The position numbers and the translations under genes are program-made. A model generated the notes under the pieces. The model ran no database searches and was not told the origin of the DNA. It saw only the letters and a program-made list of their open reading frames with translations. Of a DNA stretch of 64,000 bases, positions 31,451-41,562 are shown piece after piece. Positions within the stretch are counted from its first letter, which is position 1; every line of letters begins with the position of its first letter. Source of the stretch: an uncultured Chloroflexia bacterium (lineage in GTDB: Bacteria > Chloroflexota > Limnocylindria > QHBO01); NCBI GenBank assembly GCA_963827475.1, contig CAWHAZ010000005.1, forward strand, positions 896,001 through 960,000, given 5' to 3'.

Positions 31451-33052
31451 CTACGGGGAGCTGGACGGCGGGGCGCTGGGTCCCGGCTCGTCGTCGGCGC
31501 TGGTGATGGGGGCCGATTCCTCGCCCGCCAGCGGTGCGCCGAGCGCGGCCTCCGAGAAGATGGCCGAGGCGTTCCAGATCATCCATCCCGCGCCGCCGTT
31601 GTCGGCCACCGCCTGCATCTCCGCGCGCACGTCAGCCGCGTTGTAGGCCCGGAAGCCGCCGTACCCGAAGTCCTGGATCCAGGGCCGGATGCGGAGCGGA
31701 AGGCCGGCGGCCTGGGCATTCATGATCTCCAGCGTCCGGTCGATCATCACGTAGGGCGCCTCGTTGGGGACCGCGACGTCGAACACGCCGGGGTAGTAGT
31801 GGCTGGGGTAGACCATCGGGCTGAAGTAGTCGACGTACGGCATGATCACCTCCGGTCGCTGACCGATGCCCTGGTCGTCGCTGGCGATGAACGCGATCGG
31901 GAAGACGTCCGCCGCGAGGAACGTCCGGGTCCAGGCCAGCTCGTCCGAGATGACCCGCATCACCCGCTGGATGGTCGGCAGCCGGAACGACTGGGTGTGG
32001 GGCAGGTTCGTCTCCGCCAGCTCGTACGGGCCGTCGCTGTAGAAGCGGATGTAGTCCAGCTGAACCTCGTCGAAGCCCTTGGCCGCGAGGTCGCCGGCGA
32101 TGGCGGCGACGTACTCCGCCACGCCCGGGTTGCCGGGGTCGAGCCACGTCCCGCCGCCCCAGTCGGTCCACGGCTCGCCGGTGGCGGTGTTGCGGACCGC
32201 CAGCTCGGGTCGTGACCGGCCCAGCGTGTTGTCCTTCATGACCACGACCCGGGCGATGGTGTAGATCCCGCGCTCTTTCAGGGCGGGCAGCAGCTCCTCG
32301 AGGCTGAACACCGGCGCGTCCATGAGCGATCCCGCCTCGACCGCCTCGGGCAGGTCCGTCGGGTAGTACAGCCAGCCGCCGGTCTCCTTGACGTCGATGA
32401 CCATGGCGTTGACCTCGGACCGATCGATCAGCGCCAGCATCGCGTCCAGCCGCCCGGCGCCCTCGAACACCGCAGATGGCGCGTACAGCGCGCGAGCCAC
32501 GAACGTCGGCAGGGTGACGTCCTTGGTCATCTCCTCGTCGATCGGGATGACCCCCAGCCGATGACCAGCCGCCTTGTAGATCAGCGTGCCTTCCTCGGGC
32601 ACGCCGGGCAGCGCGTAGGTGCCGTCGGCGGCGGTCCGGACCCCGCTTCCCTGTCCCTCGACGAAGATCCGGGCACCGGCGATCGGAGTGCCCGCCTCGT
32701 TGCGGACGGTCCCGCGAACGGTGTTGTTGCGCAGCGCGATCGCGACCTCGTCGTTGCCCGGCACGGTGGCCGAGCCGGCGTCGAACCCGTCCGCGGACGC
32801 GTTCACCTCCTGGCCCTCGAGCGCGGTCACCACCGCGACCCCCTCGGCATCGGTGGTCGCTGCACTGTCCGCGGCCGACACCTGGACGCCTGCGAGCGGC
32901 TCGTCGGATGCGGCGTCGGTCACCGTCACGGTCACCGGACCGGGCGTCGGCTCGGGCAGGATCGGCAGCTGTCCGGAGCAGGCGGTGATCACCGCCATTC
33001 CGGCGAGGAGGAATGGGCCGTGACGCGCGAGGCGCCGGGATGCGGACCTCAC
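31451..33052 (-). CDS. Lipoprotein with carboxypeptidase-regulatory-like domains and putative glycoside hydrolase (DUF4015-like)
   Basis: Lipobox ITAC; NAMVIDVK, WLDP, GFDEVQLDYIRF, SPMVYPSHY, RPWIQDF. Confidence 0.82.
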   Translation of the reverse strand: MRSASRRLARHGPFLLAGMAVITACSGQLPILPEPTPGPVTVTVTDAASDEPLAGVQVSAADSAATTDAEGVAVVTALEGQEVNASADGFDAGSATVPGNDEVAIALRNNTVRGTVRNEAGTPIAGARIFVEGQGSGVRTAADGTYALPGVPEEGTLIYKAAGHRLGVIPIDEEMTKDVTLPTFVARALYAPSAVFEGAGRLDAMLALIDRSEVNAMVIDVKETGGWLYYPTDLPEAVEAGSLMDAPVFSLEELLPALKERGIYTIARVVVMKDNTLGRSRPELAVRNTATGEPWTDWGGGTWLDPGNPGVAEYVAAIAGDLAAKGFDEVQLDYIRFYSDGPYELAETNLPHTQSFRLPTIQRVMRVISDELAWTRTFLAADVFPIAFIASDDQGIGQRPEVIMPYVDYFSPMVYPSHYYPGVFDVAVPNEAPYVMIDRTLEIMNAQAAGLPLRIRPWIQDFGYGGFRAYNAADVRAEMQAVADNGGAGWMIWNASAIFSEAALGAPLAGEESAPITSADDEPGPSAPPSSSP

Positions 33053-33738
33053 GCCACCACCCCGGCGGCGTCGCGGAACGCGGCCACGGCCGGTGCAAGG
33101 TCGCCGTCGTGCTCGTAGAGCGCCGACCCGACGACGAGGATCTCGCCGCCTGCCCCGTACGCGGAACCGATGGTCGCGGCGTTGACGCCGCCGTCCACCG
33201 CAATCGGCAGGTCCAGTCCGCGAGCCGCGGCCTCGTCGGCCAGTGCCTCAAGCTTGGGCAGCACGTCGGCCAGGAACTCCTGACCGCCGAATCCGGGATG
33301 GACGGTCATCACCAGCAGGAGGTCGATTCGGTCGAGGAACGGATGGACCGATTCGGCCGGCGTCTCGGGATTCAGGGCCAGGCCGGCCTGGCGGCCGGCG
33401 GCGTGGATGGCCGAGATCACCGCGCCGGGCTCGTCCGCGGACTCGACGTGGAAGGCGATCAGATCGCTCCCCGCCCGGGCGAAGTCGGCAGCGTAGCGCA
33501 GCGGCTCGTCGATCATGAGGTGTGCGTGGAACGGGATGTCGCTGTGCGGCCGCAGGGCGGCGACCACCGGCGATCCGAACGAGATGTTGCCCACGAAGTG
33601 GCCGTCCATGACGTCGAGGTGGATAGAGTCCACGCCGCCGGCCGTGGCCCGTGTCACTTCGTCGCCGAGCCGGGCGAAATCGGCGTTCAGGATGCTGGCG
33701 GAGATGTGCGGCGGCCGGCGGTTCATCGGTGCATTCAT
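33049..33738 (-). CDS. rpe: Ribulose-phosphate 3-epimerase
   Basis: HLDVMDGHFV, HLM, MTVHPGFGGQ, VDGG. Confidence 0.96.
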   Translation of the reverse strand: MNAPMNRRPPHISASILNADFARLGDEVTRATAGGVDSIHLDVMDGHFVGNISFGSPVVAALRPHSDIPFHAHLMIDEPLRYAADFARAGSDLIAFHVESADEPGAVISAIHAAGRQAGLALNPETPAESVHPFLDRIDLLLVMTVHPGFGGQEFLADVLPKLEALADEAAARGLDLPIAVDGGVNAATIGSAYGAGGEILVVGSALYEHDGDLAPAVAAFRDAAGVVA

Positions 33739-34871
33739 GTCCCGACGAGCTCGAGCTCGGCCAGCGGCTCCCGGTTTGCCAGCGAACGTCGGCTCAGCTG
33801 GGCGTGGAGCTGTCCACAGGCCGCCTCGATCGACCGGCCGCGGGTATCCCGCACCGTGGTCGCCACCCCAGCGTCACGAAGAATCGTCGCGAACCGCTCG
33901 ATCCCGGCGCGGGGCGTGCCACCCCACGGCGAGGCGGGCGTCGGGTTCAGCGGGATGAGGTTGACGTGGCACAGCCAGCCGTGGGCGAGGTCCACCAGCC
34001 GCTGCGCCTCGGAGGGCGCGTCGTTGATGCCGTCGATCATGACGTACTCGAGGCTGACTCGACGGCGGGTGCGCTCCGCGAAGCGGCGGCCGGCGCCAAG
34101 GACCGCCGCGATCGGCCATTTGCGGTTGATCGGCACGAGCTCATCGCGAAGCTCATCGTGGGCGGCGTGCAGGCTGATCGCCAGGTTCACCTGCGGCAGC
34201 TCATCGGCCATCCGGTCCATGCCCGGCACCACGCCAGAGGTGCTGACCGTGATGTGCCGGGCGCCGATGGCCAGCCGCGCCGGATCGTTCAAGAGCCGAA
34301 CGGCGCTGAACACCGGATCGGTGTTGTTGAGCGGCTCGCCCATGCCCATGAACACCACGTTCAGATGGTGCTGGGGGTCGAGGACGCTGGCCCGGGCCCG
34401 CCGCCACCACAGAACCTGGTCCACGATCTCGGCCGCGGTCAAGTGCCGGCCGAATCCGGCCTGCCCGGTGGCGCAGAACGGACAGTTGACCGCGCAGCCG
34501 GCCTGGCTCGAAATGCAGATCGTCGTCCGTGGCGCCGAGCCGCCTCGGCCCGGGTACCGCATGAGCACCGATTCGATCCGCTGCCCGTCCGCCAGCTCGT
34601 GAACCGCCTTCTCGGTGAGGCTCTGGTCCGTGCCGATGACGTGCGTGTCGCCGATGCTCGAGAACCGATACGACGACCCGAGCGTGGCCCGGAGCCGTTT
34701 GGGAAGATCGGTCAGCTCGTCGAACGCAGACGCACGACCCGCCGCGACGCCCGCCAGGACCTGGCGGGCGCGATAGGCAGGTTCACGATGGTCGTCGAAC
34801 CAGGCGACCAGCTGTTCGGTCGCGACCTCGCTGATGGCCGGCAACGGCTCAGCGGGGTTGGGGTCAGTCAC
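33735..34871 (-). CDS. rlmN: Dual-specificity RNA methyltransferase RlmN (radical SAM)
   Basis: CISSQAGCAVNCPFCATG, FMGMGEP, AACGQL. Confidence 0.96.
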   Translation of the reverse strand: MTDPNPAEPLPAISEVATEQLVAWFDDHREPAYRARQVLAGVAAGRASAFDELTDLPKRLRATLGSSYRFSSIGDTHVIGTDQSLTEKAVHELADGQRIESVLMRYPGRGGSAPRTTICISSQAGCAVNCPFCATGQAGFGRHLTAAEIVDQVLWWRRARASVLDPQHHLNVVFMGMGEPLNNTDPVFSAVRLLNDPARLAIGARHITVSTSGVVPGMDRMADELPQVNLAISLHAAHDELRDELVPINRKWPIAAVLGAGRRFAERTRRRVSLEYVMIDGINDAPSEAQRLVDLAHGWLCHVNLIPLNPTPASPWGGTPRAGIERFATILRDAGVATTVRDTRGRSIEAACGQLHAQLSRRSLANREPLAELELVGT

Positions 34872-35565
34872 GGCGGCCCATGACGAGGCTGAAGTAGTAC
34901 AGGAAGCTGAGCAGCGCCGTCAGTGCGGCGGCCACGTACGTCCAGGCCGCGGCCTTCAGCACCGCGCGAGCGCCGTCCTGCCGCTCCCCCACCATGCCCA
35001 GGCCCTGGACGAAGGCCAGCGCCTTGCCGCTGGCTCCGATCTCGACCGGCAGGGTGATGAGGGTGAATACGAACGCGGCGGCGAAGCCGATGAGGCCGAT
35101 GATGGCGAGACCGGTCAGGTTCAGCAGCAGCCCGCCGATGATCAGCCATGGGGCCAGGGATGAGCCGAAGCTCGCCACCGGAACGATCACCGATCGGGCC
35201 GTCAGCCACACGTCCCGCTCCCGATCCTGGAGGGCGTGGCCCACCTCGTGGGCGATCACCGCGGCGGCGGCGACCGACAGGCGCGGGCCGCCATCGGCCC
35301 CGATGCCGGCGACCGTCTGGCTCACGCGCAGCGTCTTCGAGCGCGGATCGTAGTGATCGGTCAGCTGGCCCGGCGTGGGCTCGATCTGGACGTTGGTCAG
35401 GTCCTGGCGGTCGAGCAGCCGTCGGGCGAAGTCATAGGCACTCAGGTCGATGCCCGAGTCCACCTTGGACCAGCGGGCATAGGTCGACCGCACGCGCCAC
35501 GCGGCCCAGCCCGTGATCGCGAGCATGACAACGAAGAGCACAAGGTAAGCGGGGTCGAAGATCAT
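34864..35565 (-). CDS. YugP-like neutral zinc metallopeptidase
   Basis: LTDHYDP, AHEVGHALQ, TLPVE, AAAWTYVAA. Confidence 0.92.
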   Translation of the reverse strand: MIFDPAYLVLFVVMLAITGWAAWRVRSTYARWSKVDSGIDLSAYDFARRLLDRQDLTNVQIEPTPGQLTDHYDPRSKTLRVSQTVAGIGADGGPRLSVAAAAVIAHEVGHALQDRERDVWLTARSVIVPVASFGSSLAPWLIIGGLLLNLTGLAIIGLIGFAAAFVFTLITLPVEIGASGKALAFVQGLGMVGERQDGARAVLKAAAWTYVAAALTALLSFLYYFSLVMGRRD

Positions 35566-35634
35566 CTTGAGGTGCCACCTCCCGGCACCGCAGGCGAGTA
35601 TAGCGAAGCGGCCCGCGGACCCCGAATTCGGCGG

Positions 35635-36576
35635 TCAGTCGGGCGGCGCGTCCCCGCCCAGCAGGAGATGTTCCCGGCTGAGGCCGTGGCGCCAGGCCTC
35701 GGCCGGCATCGGTGGCCGTCCCTCGGGCTGCACCATCTCGAGGGCAAGGGCACCGAGGCCGCAGGCCACCACCGGCGGCGTGCCGGGCAGCAGCGACCCG
35801 ATGGGCAGGCCGGGAAGCCCAGCGACCGGATGCGCGCGGCGGATGTGCAGCCGGCGGCCATCGAGCAGGGTCCACGCCCCGGGCCACGGCTGAAGAGCGC
35901 GAACGCGACGGTCGATGGACTCCGCGCTCGTGGTCCAGTCGATCCACCCGTCTGAACGGCGAAAGGCCGGCTGGTAGGTGGCCAGCGCCTCGTCCTGGGG
36001 CTCCGGATCGAGCGTGCCGTTCGCCCAGTCGGCCAGCGTGGCGGGCACGACGTCCGCCGCGAGCTCGCCGAGCTGCGCCTCCAGTGCCGGCGTCTGTTCT
36101 CGACCATCCAGCGGCACCGTCCACCGTCCGACCACCGGGCCCGCGTCGAGACGCTCGACCATGATCATCAGGCTGACGCCCGCCTCCGCGTCGCCGGCCA
36201 GGATGGTGGCCGCCACCGGCGCCGCTCCCCGGTGGCGCGGCAGGAGGGAGGGGTGGACGTTCAGCGGTGGCCGGGGGGCCAGGGCCAGCAGGTCGGCCGG
36301 GACGAGCTCGCCATATGAGACGAGCAGCAGCCCGTCCGGCTGGAACTCGGCGATCGCGTGGCGCGCCTCATCCGTGCGCAGCCGGGGCGGGGTCAGGAGC
36401 GGCAGGCCGGCGGTCCGGGCCGCCTCGGCCACGGGCGAGGCCCGATGTCGGAGGCCCCGGCCGGCTGGCTGATCGGGTCGGCTGACCACCAGGAGGTCGT
36501 CGACAAGGGCCGGGAGCCGCCCGAGGAGCGGGACGCCGAACGCGCCGCTGCCCAGGAACGCGATCCGGCCGAGCAC
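35635..36576 (-). CDS. fmt: Methionyl-tRNA formyltransferase
   Basis: NVHPSLLPRHRGAAP, LDAG, PWPG. Confidence 0.95.
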   Translation of the reverse strand: MLGRIAFLGSGAFGVPLLGRLPALVDDLLVVSRPDQPAGRGLRHRASPVAEAARTAGLPLLTPPRLRTDEARHAIAEFQPDGLLLVSYGELVPADLLALAPRPPLNVHPSLLPRHRGAAPVAATILAGDAEAGVSLMIMVERLDAGPVVGRWTVPLDGREQTPALEAQLGELAADVVPATLADWANGTLDPEPQDEALATYQPAFRRSDGWIDWTTSAESIDRRVRALQPWPGAWTLLDGRRLHIRRAHPVAGLPGLPIGSLLPGTPPVVACGLGALALEMVQPEGRPPMPAEAWRHGLSREHLLLGGDAPPD

Positions 36577-37082
36577 TAGATCCCGGCCGCCGCCTCTTCC
36601 CGAACTTCCTCGGACGCCTCGCTCACGCGAACGAGCTCCTCGAGGGACTCGAGGTAGTCGATGTACAGGATCCCGTTGAGGTGGTCGATCTCGTGCTGGA
36701 GGGCACGGGCGAACAGCTCGTCACCCTTGACCCGGAACTCGCGGCCATTCCGGTCGCGCGCCTGGACGGTGACCTTCGTCGAGCGCTCGACCTCGGCCAC
36801 GAACCCTGGGATCGACAGGCATCCCTCCCAGTCGACCGTCTTGCCCGACCGGCGGACGACCTTCGGGTTCACCAGCTCGGTGATCTTGCCCTCGATCTCG
36901 ATGACCGCGACCTGGAGCGGCACGCCGACCTGGTTCGCGGCCAGGCCGATCCCCGGGGCATCCCGCATCGTCTCGAGCAGGTCGTCGAGGAGCCGATGGA
37001 GGGACGCGTCGAAGTCGGTGACCTTCTTCGTCTTCTCGTGGAGGATCGGCTCGTCGGCGGTCAGGATGCGGCGGAGGACCAT
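36576..37082 (-). CDS. def: Peptide deformylase
   Basis: GIGLAANQ, EGCLS, QHEIDHL. Confidence 0.97.
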   Translation of the reverse strand: MVLRRILTADEPILHEKTKKVTDFDASLHRLLDDLLETMRDAPGIGLAANQVGVPLQVAVIEIEGKITELVNPKVVRRSGKTVDWEGCLSIPGFVAEVERSTKVTVQARDRNGREFRVKGDELFARALQHEIDHLNGILYIDYLESLEELVRVSEASEEVREEAAAGI

Positions 37083-37100
37083 GGCCGCATTGTAGGACGG

Positions 37101-39428
37101 TCAGAGCAGGGTCCCGGGGTCGACGTCGATGCCGATTCCGGGTGGCACTCGCTCCATGGCGGCTGCCCGGTCGGCCTCGGCCGCGGTGCGGACCACGACC
37201 TGCCAGCGCCAGCGGCCGGCCCGCCGCGGGACCCAGGCCGGCACCGGGCCAAGGACCTCCACCCCCTCGCCGGCGACGGCCGTGGCGACGTCGGCGGCAC
37301 GGGATTCCGCTCGTTTCGGGTCGGGATCCGCGACCAGGAGGCGCGCGAGCCAGCCGAAGGGTGGGTAGCCGAACGCCTGGCGCCGGGGCAGTTCGCCATC
37401 CGCGAAGGCGTCGACATCGAGGCGGGATGCCGCCACGACGGCCGGGTGGTCCGGTGCGTAGGTCTGGATGATGACCTGCCCCGGCTGTGGCCCGCGCCCT
37501 GCCCGGCCGGCCACCTGGGCCAGGAGCTGGAACGTCCTTTCCGCAGCCTGGTACTCGGGCAGGTGGAGCGTGACGTCCGCGGCAACCACCGCGGCCAGGG
37601 TGACGGCCGGCAGGTCCAGGCCCTTGGCGGCGAGCTGGGTGCCGACCAGCACGTCGGTCCGCCCGGAGGCGAAGTCGTCGTAGATCGACTCGAACCGGCG
37701 ACGGGCCGCCACCGCATCGCTGTCCAGGCGTCCGACACGCAGGCGCGGAAACCGGGAGCGGACCTCCGCCTCTACCCGCTGGGTGCCCGCCCCGAAGTAG
37801 CGGATCCGCGGGCTGCGGCAGCGGGGACAGCGGTCCGGGATGGGCGCAGTGCGGCCGTCGTGGTGGCAGCGCAGCTCGGTGGTGGCGAGGTGGTGGACGA
37901 GCGGGAGCTGGCACTCGGGGCAGCGGATCGGCTCGCCGCAGTCGCGGCACAGGATGAAGGTTGCCGCCCCGCGGCGGTTGATGAGCAGGATGGCCTGCTG
38001 GCCGGCGGGCAGCGACCCCAGGGCGTCGGACAGCGCCCCCGACAGGACCGACCGGTTGCCCTCCGCCAGCTCGGCGCGCATGTCGACGACGCGGACGGTC
38101 GGGGTGGCGCCCACTCGTCGCTCGGCGAGCCTGGCCCGCCGAGCGGACCCGCTCCGGACGCGGTGGATGGTCACGACGTCCGGGGTGGCGGTCGCCTGCA
38201 CGAACCGGGCGCCGGTCAGGGCCGCGCGCCGGGCGGCCACCCAGCGGGTGTCATAGCGAGGGGTGCGGTCCGCCTTGTACCCGCCGTCATGGGACTCGTC
38301 CAGCACGAGGAGGCCGAGAGCGCGGAGCGGCGCGAAGACCGCGGTGCGCGTCCCAACCACCACCCGGGCGTCACCGTCCACCACCCGTTGCCATTCATCG
38401 TGCCGCTCCCCGATCGAGAGCCCCGAATGGAGGACAGACAGCAACGGCCCGACCGCCGCGCGCAGCCGGTCGGCGATCTGGGGCACGCCGGTGATCTCCG
38501 GCACGAGGACGATCGCGCCGCCGCCGGTCTCGAGCGTGGCCTCGACCGCGGCCAGGACGACGTCCGTCTTGCCCGATGCGGCCACGCCCTGGAGCAGGAG
38601 CTCACCGCCGGGCGGAAGGTCCGCGATGTCCCGCAGGGCGGCGGCCTGCTCGGGAGCCATCTCGTCCGCCGCGGATCGCCCGGGGCGGCGGTGGGCCAGC
38701 GGGTCGCGGCGGACATCGGCCCAGCCCAGGTCGACCCAGCCGGCGGCCTCCAGCCGGCGGGCGGTGTCGAGCAGCGATCCCGGCTCGCGGCCGAGGCGCT
38801 CAGCGAGGGTCGCCAGGGTCATCTCCCCGTCCGCCAGCGCGTCGAGGGCGGCGAGCTGGACGGCCCCACGGACCGGCCGGCCCGGAGTCACGGCGCGCCG
38901 GATCACCCGTTCCCGCCGGGGCCCGGCCCGCGGCGGCCGGAGACGCCACGCGGCCCGCAGGGCACCGGCCCGTCTGCGGCTCTCGATCCAGCGGGGCGTG
39001 GCCCGGGGCACGATGCGACGGAGCTCCGATTCGGTGAGCACGGTCCCCGCCGGGGCGTCCCCCTCCGGCTGGAGGAGCTCCCAGCGCCGCTCCAGTCGAG
39101 ACTCGATCCCCGGCGGCAGCATCGCCGCCAGCGTCGTCCCGATCGGCGCGCGGTAGCGGACCGCGATCTCCTCCGCCAGGTCCAGCAGGTCGGGGGTGAG
39201 GAGCGGTCCGGAGACGACCGCCTCCACGGCAAGGGCTCCGGAGATCGGCTCGGCGTCCCCCGGCAGGAGGTAGCCGAGGGCCAGGCGGCCGCCGTACGGA
39301 ACCAGGAGCAGCGAGCCGGCCTCGGCGTCAACCGCGGCCGGTTGCAGGTAGGTGAAGGTGCGCTCGGGGCGGTCGACCTGGGCATCGACCGCGACCCGGA
39401 CGAACCGGTCGCCGCCGATCCGGGACAT
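37101..39428 (-). CDS. priA: Primosomal protein N'
   Basis: ASGKT, DESH, two Zn modules (CRDC, CPEC, CHHD, CPRC), GRAGR. Confidence 0.95.
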   Translation of the reverse strand: MSRIGGDRFVRVAVDAQVDRPERTFTYLQPAAVDAEAGSLLLVPYGGRLALGYLLPGDAEPISGALAVEAVVSGPLLTPDLLDLAEEIAVRYRAPIGTTLAAMLPPGIESRLERRWELLQPEGDAPAGTVLTESELRRIVPRATPRWIESRRRAGALRAAWRLRPPRAGPRRERVIRRAVTPGRPVRGAVQLAALDALADGEMTLATLAERLGREPGSLLDTARRLEAAGWVDLGWADVRRDPLAHRRPGRSAADEMAPEQAAALRDIADLPPGGELLLQGVAASGKTDVVLAAVEATLETGGGAIVLVPEITGVPQIADRLRAAVGPLLSVLHSGLSIGERHDEWQRVVDGDARVVVGTRTAVFAPLRALGLLVLDESHDGGYKADRTPRYDTRWVAARRAALTGARFVQATATPDVVTIHRVRSGSARRARLAERRVGATPTVRVVDMRAELAEGNRSVLSGALSDALGSLPAGQQAILLINRRGAATFILCRDCGEPIRCPECQLPLVHHLATTELRCHHDGRTAPIPDRCPRCRSPRIRYFGAGTQRVEAEVRSRFPRLRVGRLDSDAVAARRRFESIYDDFASGRTDVLVGTQLAAKGLDLPAVTLAAVVAADVTLHLPEYQAAERTFQLLAQVAGRAGRGPQPGQVIIQTYAPDHPAVVAASRLDVDAFADGELPRRQAFGYPPFGWLARLLVADPDPKRAESRAADVATAVAGEGVEVLGPVPAWVPRRAGRWRWQVVVRTAAEADRAAAMERVPPGIGIDVDPGTLL

Positions 39429-39438
39429 CAGGGAGAGC

Positions 39439-40051
39439 TCACAGGCGCACGCGGCGCGGCGGCTCCCGCCGAGCCTCGGCCTGGATGACCTCCCAGATGC
39501 GGTCCGCCGCTTCCCCCGCGTGGCCGGTCTCGTTCACGACCACCTCGTCGTAGTCGGCCGCGGCGGCAATCTCGCCGACCGCGTTGTGCCGGCGGAGGGC
39601 CTGATCCACCGGGTCTTCCGACCCGCGGCGTGACAGGCGGTCGTCCAACGCCTCCATCGATGGCGGCATGACGAAGATGAGCAGCGCCCCGGGCACGGCC
39701 TCGCGTACGGCACGTGCGCCCTGCGGGTCGATGGTGAGGATCGCGTCCCGCCCGGCTCGGAGGATGCCCCGGATCTGGTCGAGCGGGGTGCCGTACCAGT
39801 GGCCGTGGACCTCGGCCGACTCCAGCAACCCGCCTTCGCCTCGGAGCCGATCGAAGGCACTCGGAGGTCATGAAGTGATAGTGCACCCCGTCCTGCTCCC
39901 CGGGGCGCCGGTCGCGGGTGGTCGCGGTCACGATCGGGACGACCTGGGGATGGCGCTTGGCGAGCTCGGCGACGATCGTGCTCTTGCCCACGCCGGATGG
40001 GCCGCTGACCACGACCAGCATCGGGTTCGGGAAGGTCATCGGCTTGCTCAT
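39439..40051 (-). CDS. gmk: Guanylate kinase; +1 insertion near 39860
   Basis: [36 protein letters not shown]. Confidence 0.94.
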
Positions 40052-41037
40052 GCCACCGCTCCCCCGTTCGATTCGGCGCCGTCGACCCGGTAGCCCGCCG
40101 TCTGCGGCAGGTCGCTCACCGTGATCCCGCTCGCGGCCAGGCTGGCGGCCAGGTCGTCCGGCAGCGCGGACCAGACCGCGACCCGCGACCCGTCCACCGG
40201 TCGGGCGAAGCTCAGCTCCGCGGCATGCAGAAACTGGCGGCGGAGCCCGCCGGGCCCCACCCCGCCGCCATAGCGAAGGTCGCCGGCGATCGGCAGGCCG
40301 AGGTAGGCGAGGTGGGCGCGCAGCTGGTGGGTTCGGCCCGTGTGTGGGCGGAGGTGAAGCAACGTGTGGCCTCCAGCGGAGCCGAGCGCCTCGTAGTCGG
40401 TCACGGCCGCCCGACCGCCGGACACCACCGCCATCCGCTGCCGGTCTCGAGGATGGCGGCCGACCGGCGCCTCGATCCGTCCACGGGCGGCGGGCGCTTC
40501 CCCCTGGACGAGGGCCAGGTACCCCTTATCGATCGAGCGATCGCCGAACTGCGACATGAGCGCGGCCTGCGCCGCATCGGTCTTGGCCACCACCAGCAGG
40601 CCGGAGGTGTCGCGGTCGAGCCGATGGACGATCCCCGGCCGGCCGACCCCCGCTACCGACCCGAGCGACTCCCCGCGCGAGGCGGACCGCCCCAGCAGGG
40701 CATGGACCAGCGTCCCGGTCGGGTGGCCGGCGGAGGGGTGGACGACCATCCCGGCAGCCTTGTCGACGACGAGCAGGTCATCGTCCTCGTAGACGACCCG
40801 GATCGGGATGTCCTCGGGAACGAGGGTCGGGTCCGGTGGGGCGGAGAGCACCACCCGCAGCCGCTCCCCGCCCGCCAGCCGGTCACTCGCCCGCCGCGGC
40901 CGGCCGTCGACCAGCGCCCGACCATCGCCCAGCAACCGCTGCGCGTGCGCGCGAGAGATCCCGGCCACCGCGGCCACCGCCACGTCGACGCGTCCGGCGG
41001 GGGCGGGGCCTTCCAGGATCCGCTCCCCGCTCGCCAT
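40048..41037 (-). CDS. RluA/RluD-family pseudouridine synthase
   Basis: S4-like N-terminus; [18 protein letters not shown]. Confidence 0.94.
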   Translation of the reverse strand: MASGERILEGPAPAGRVDVAVAAVAGISRAHAQRLLGDGRALVDGRPRRASDRLAGGERLRVVLSAPPDPTLVPEDIPIRVVYEDDDLLVVDKAAGMVVHPSAGHPTGTLVHALLGRSASRGESLGSVAGVGRPGIVHRLDRDTSGLLVVAKTDAAQAALMSQFGDRSIDKGYLALVQGEAPAARGRIEAPVGRHPRDRQRMAVVSGGRAAVTDYEALGSAGGHTLLHLRPHTGRTHQLRAHLAYLGLPIAGDLRYGGGVGPGGLRRQFLHAAELSFARPVDGSRVAVWSALPDDLAASLAASGITVSDLPQTAGYRVDGAESNGGAVA

Positions 41038-41543
41038 CAGGCGGCGCGTGCGGCGGTTCGCCGGTCGAGGATGGACAGGTAGAGCACCAGGCCGAGGATG
41101 CCGCACACGACCGCGGCGTCGGCGACGTTCCAGGTCGGCCAGCGCAGGCTGCCGATGCCGATCGACACCCAGTCGGTGACGCTGCCGTCGATCAGTCGAT
41201 CGGTCAGGTTCCCGAGTGTGCCGCCGAGCACGAGTCCGAGCAGCACGGCCGCGCTCGCGCCCCGAAGCCGGCCGGTGAGGTGGACCCAGGCGATGACCGC
41301 CAGGGTGCCGAACCCGACGAGGAGGAAGACGAATCCGCCGCCCTGGAGCAGCCCGAACGCGGCGCCCTGGTTCTCCGTGTGCCAGATCTGGAGGAAATCG
41401 CCGATGACCGGGATCCGCTCCCCGATCTCGACGTTGGCCACCACCCAGGCCTTCGTGATCCGGTCGAGCAGGTACACCACCGCCGCGGTCGCGAGGAGCA
41501 GGCCGCTCTCGGCCCAGGTGATGCGCAATGCGGCTCGACTCAT
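41037..41543 (-). CDS. lspA: Lipoprotein signal peptidase
   Basis: NQGAAFG, GTLGNLTDR, WNVAD. Confidence 0.95.
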   Translation of the reverse strand: MSRAALRITWAESGLLLATAAVVYLLDRITKAWVVANVEIGERIPVIGDFLQIWHTENQGAAFGLLQGGGFVFLLVGFGTLAVIAWVHLTGRLRGASAAVLLGLVLGGTLGNLTDRLIDGSVTDWVSIGIGSLRWPTWNVADAAVVCGILGLVLYLSILDRRTAARAA

Positions 41544-41562
41544 GGCCCCCGAGCGTACGCGA

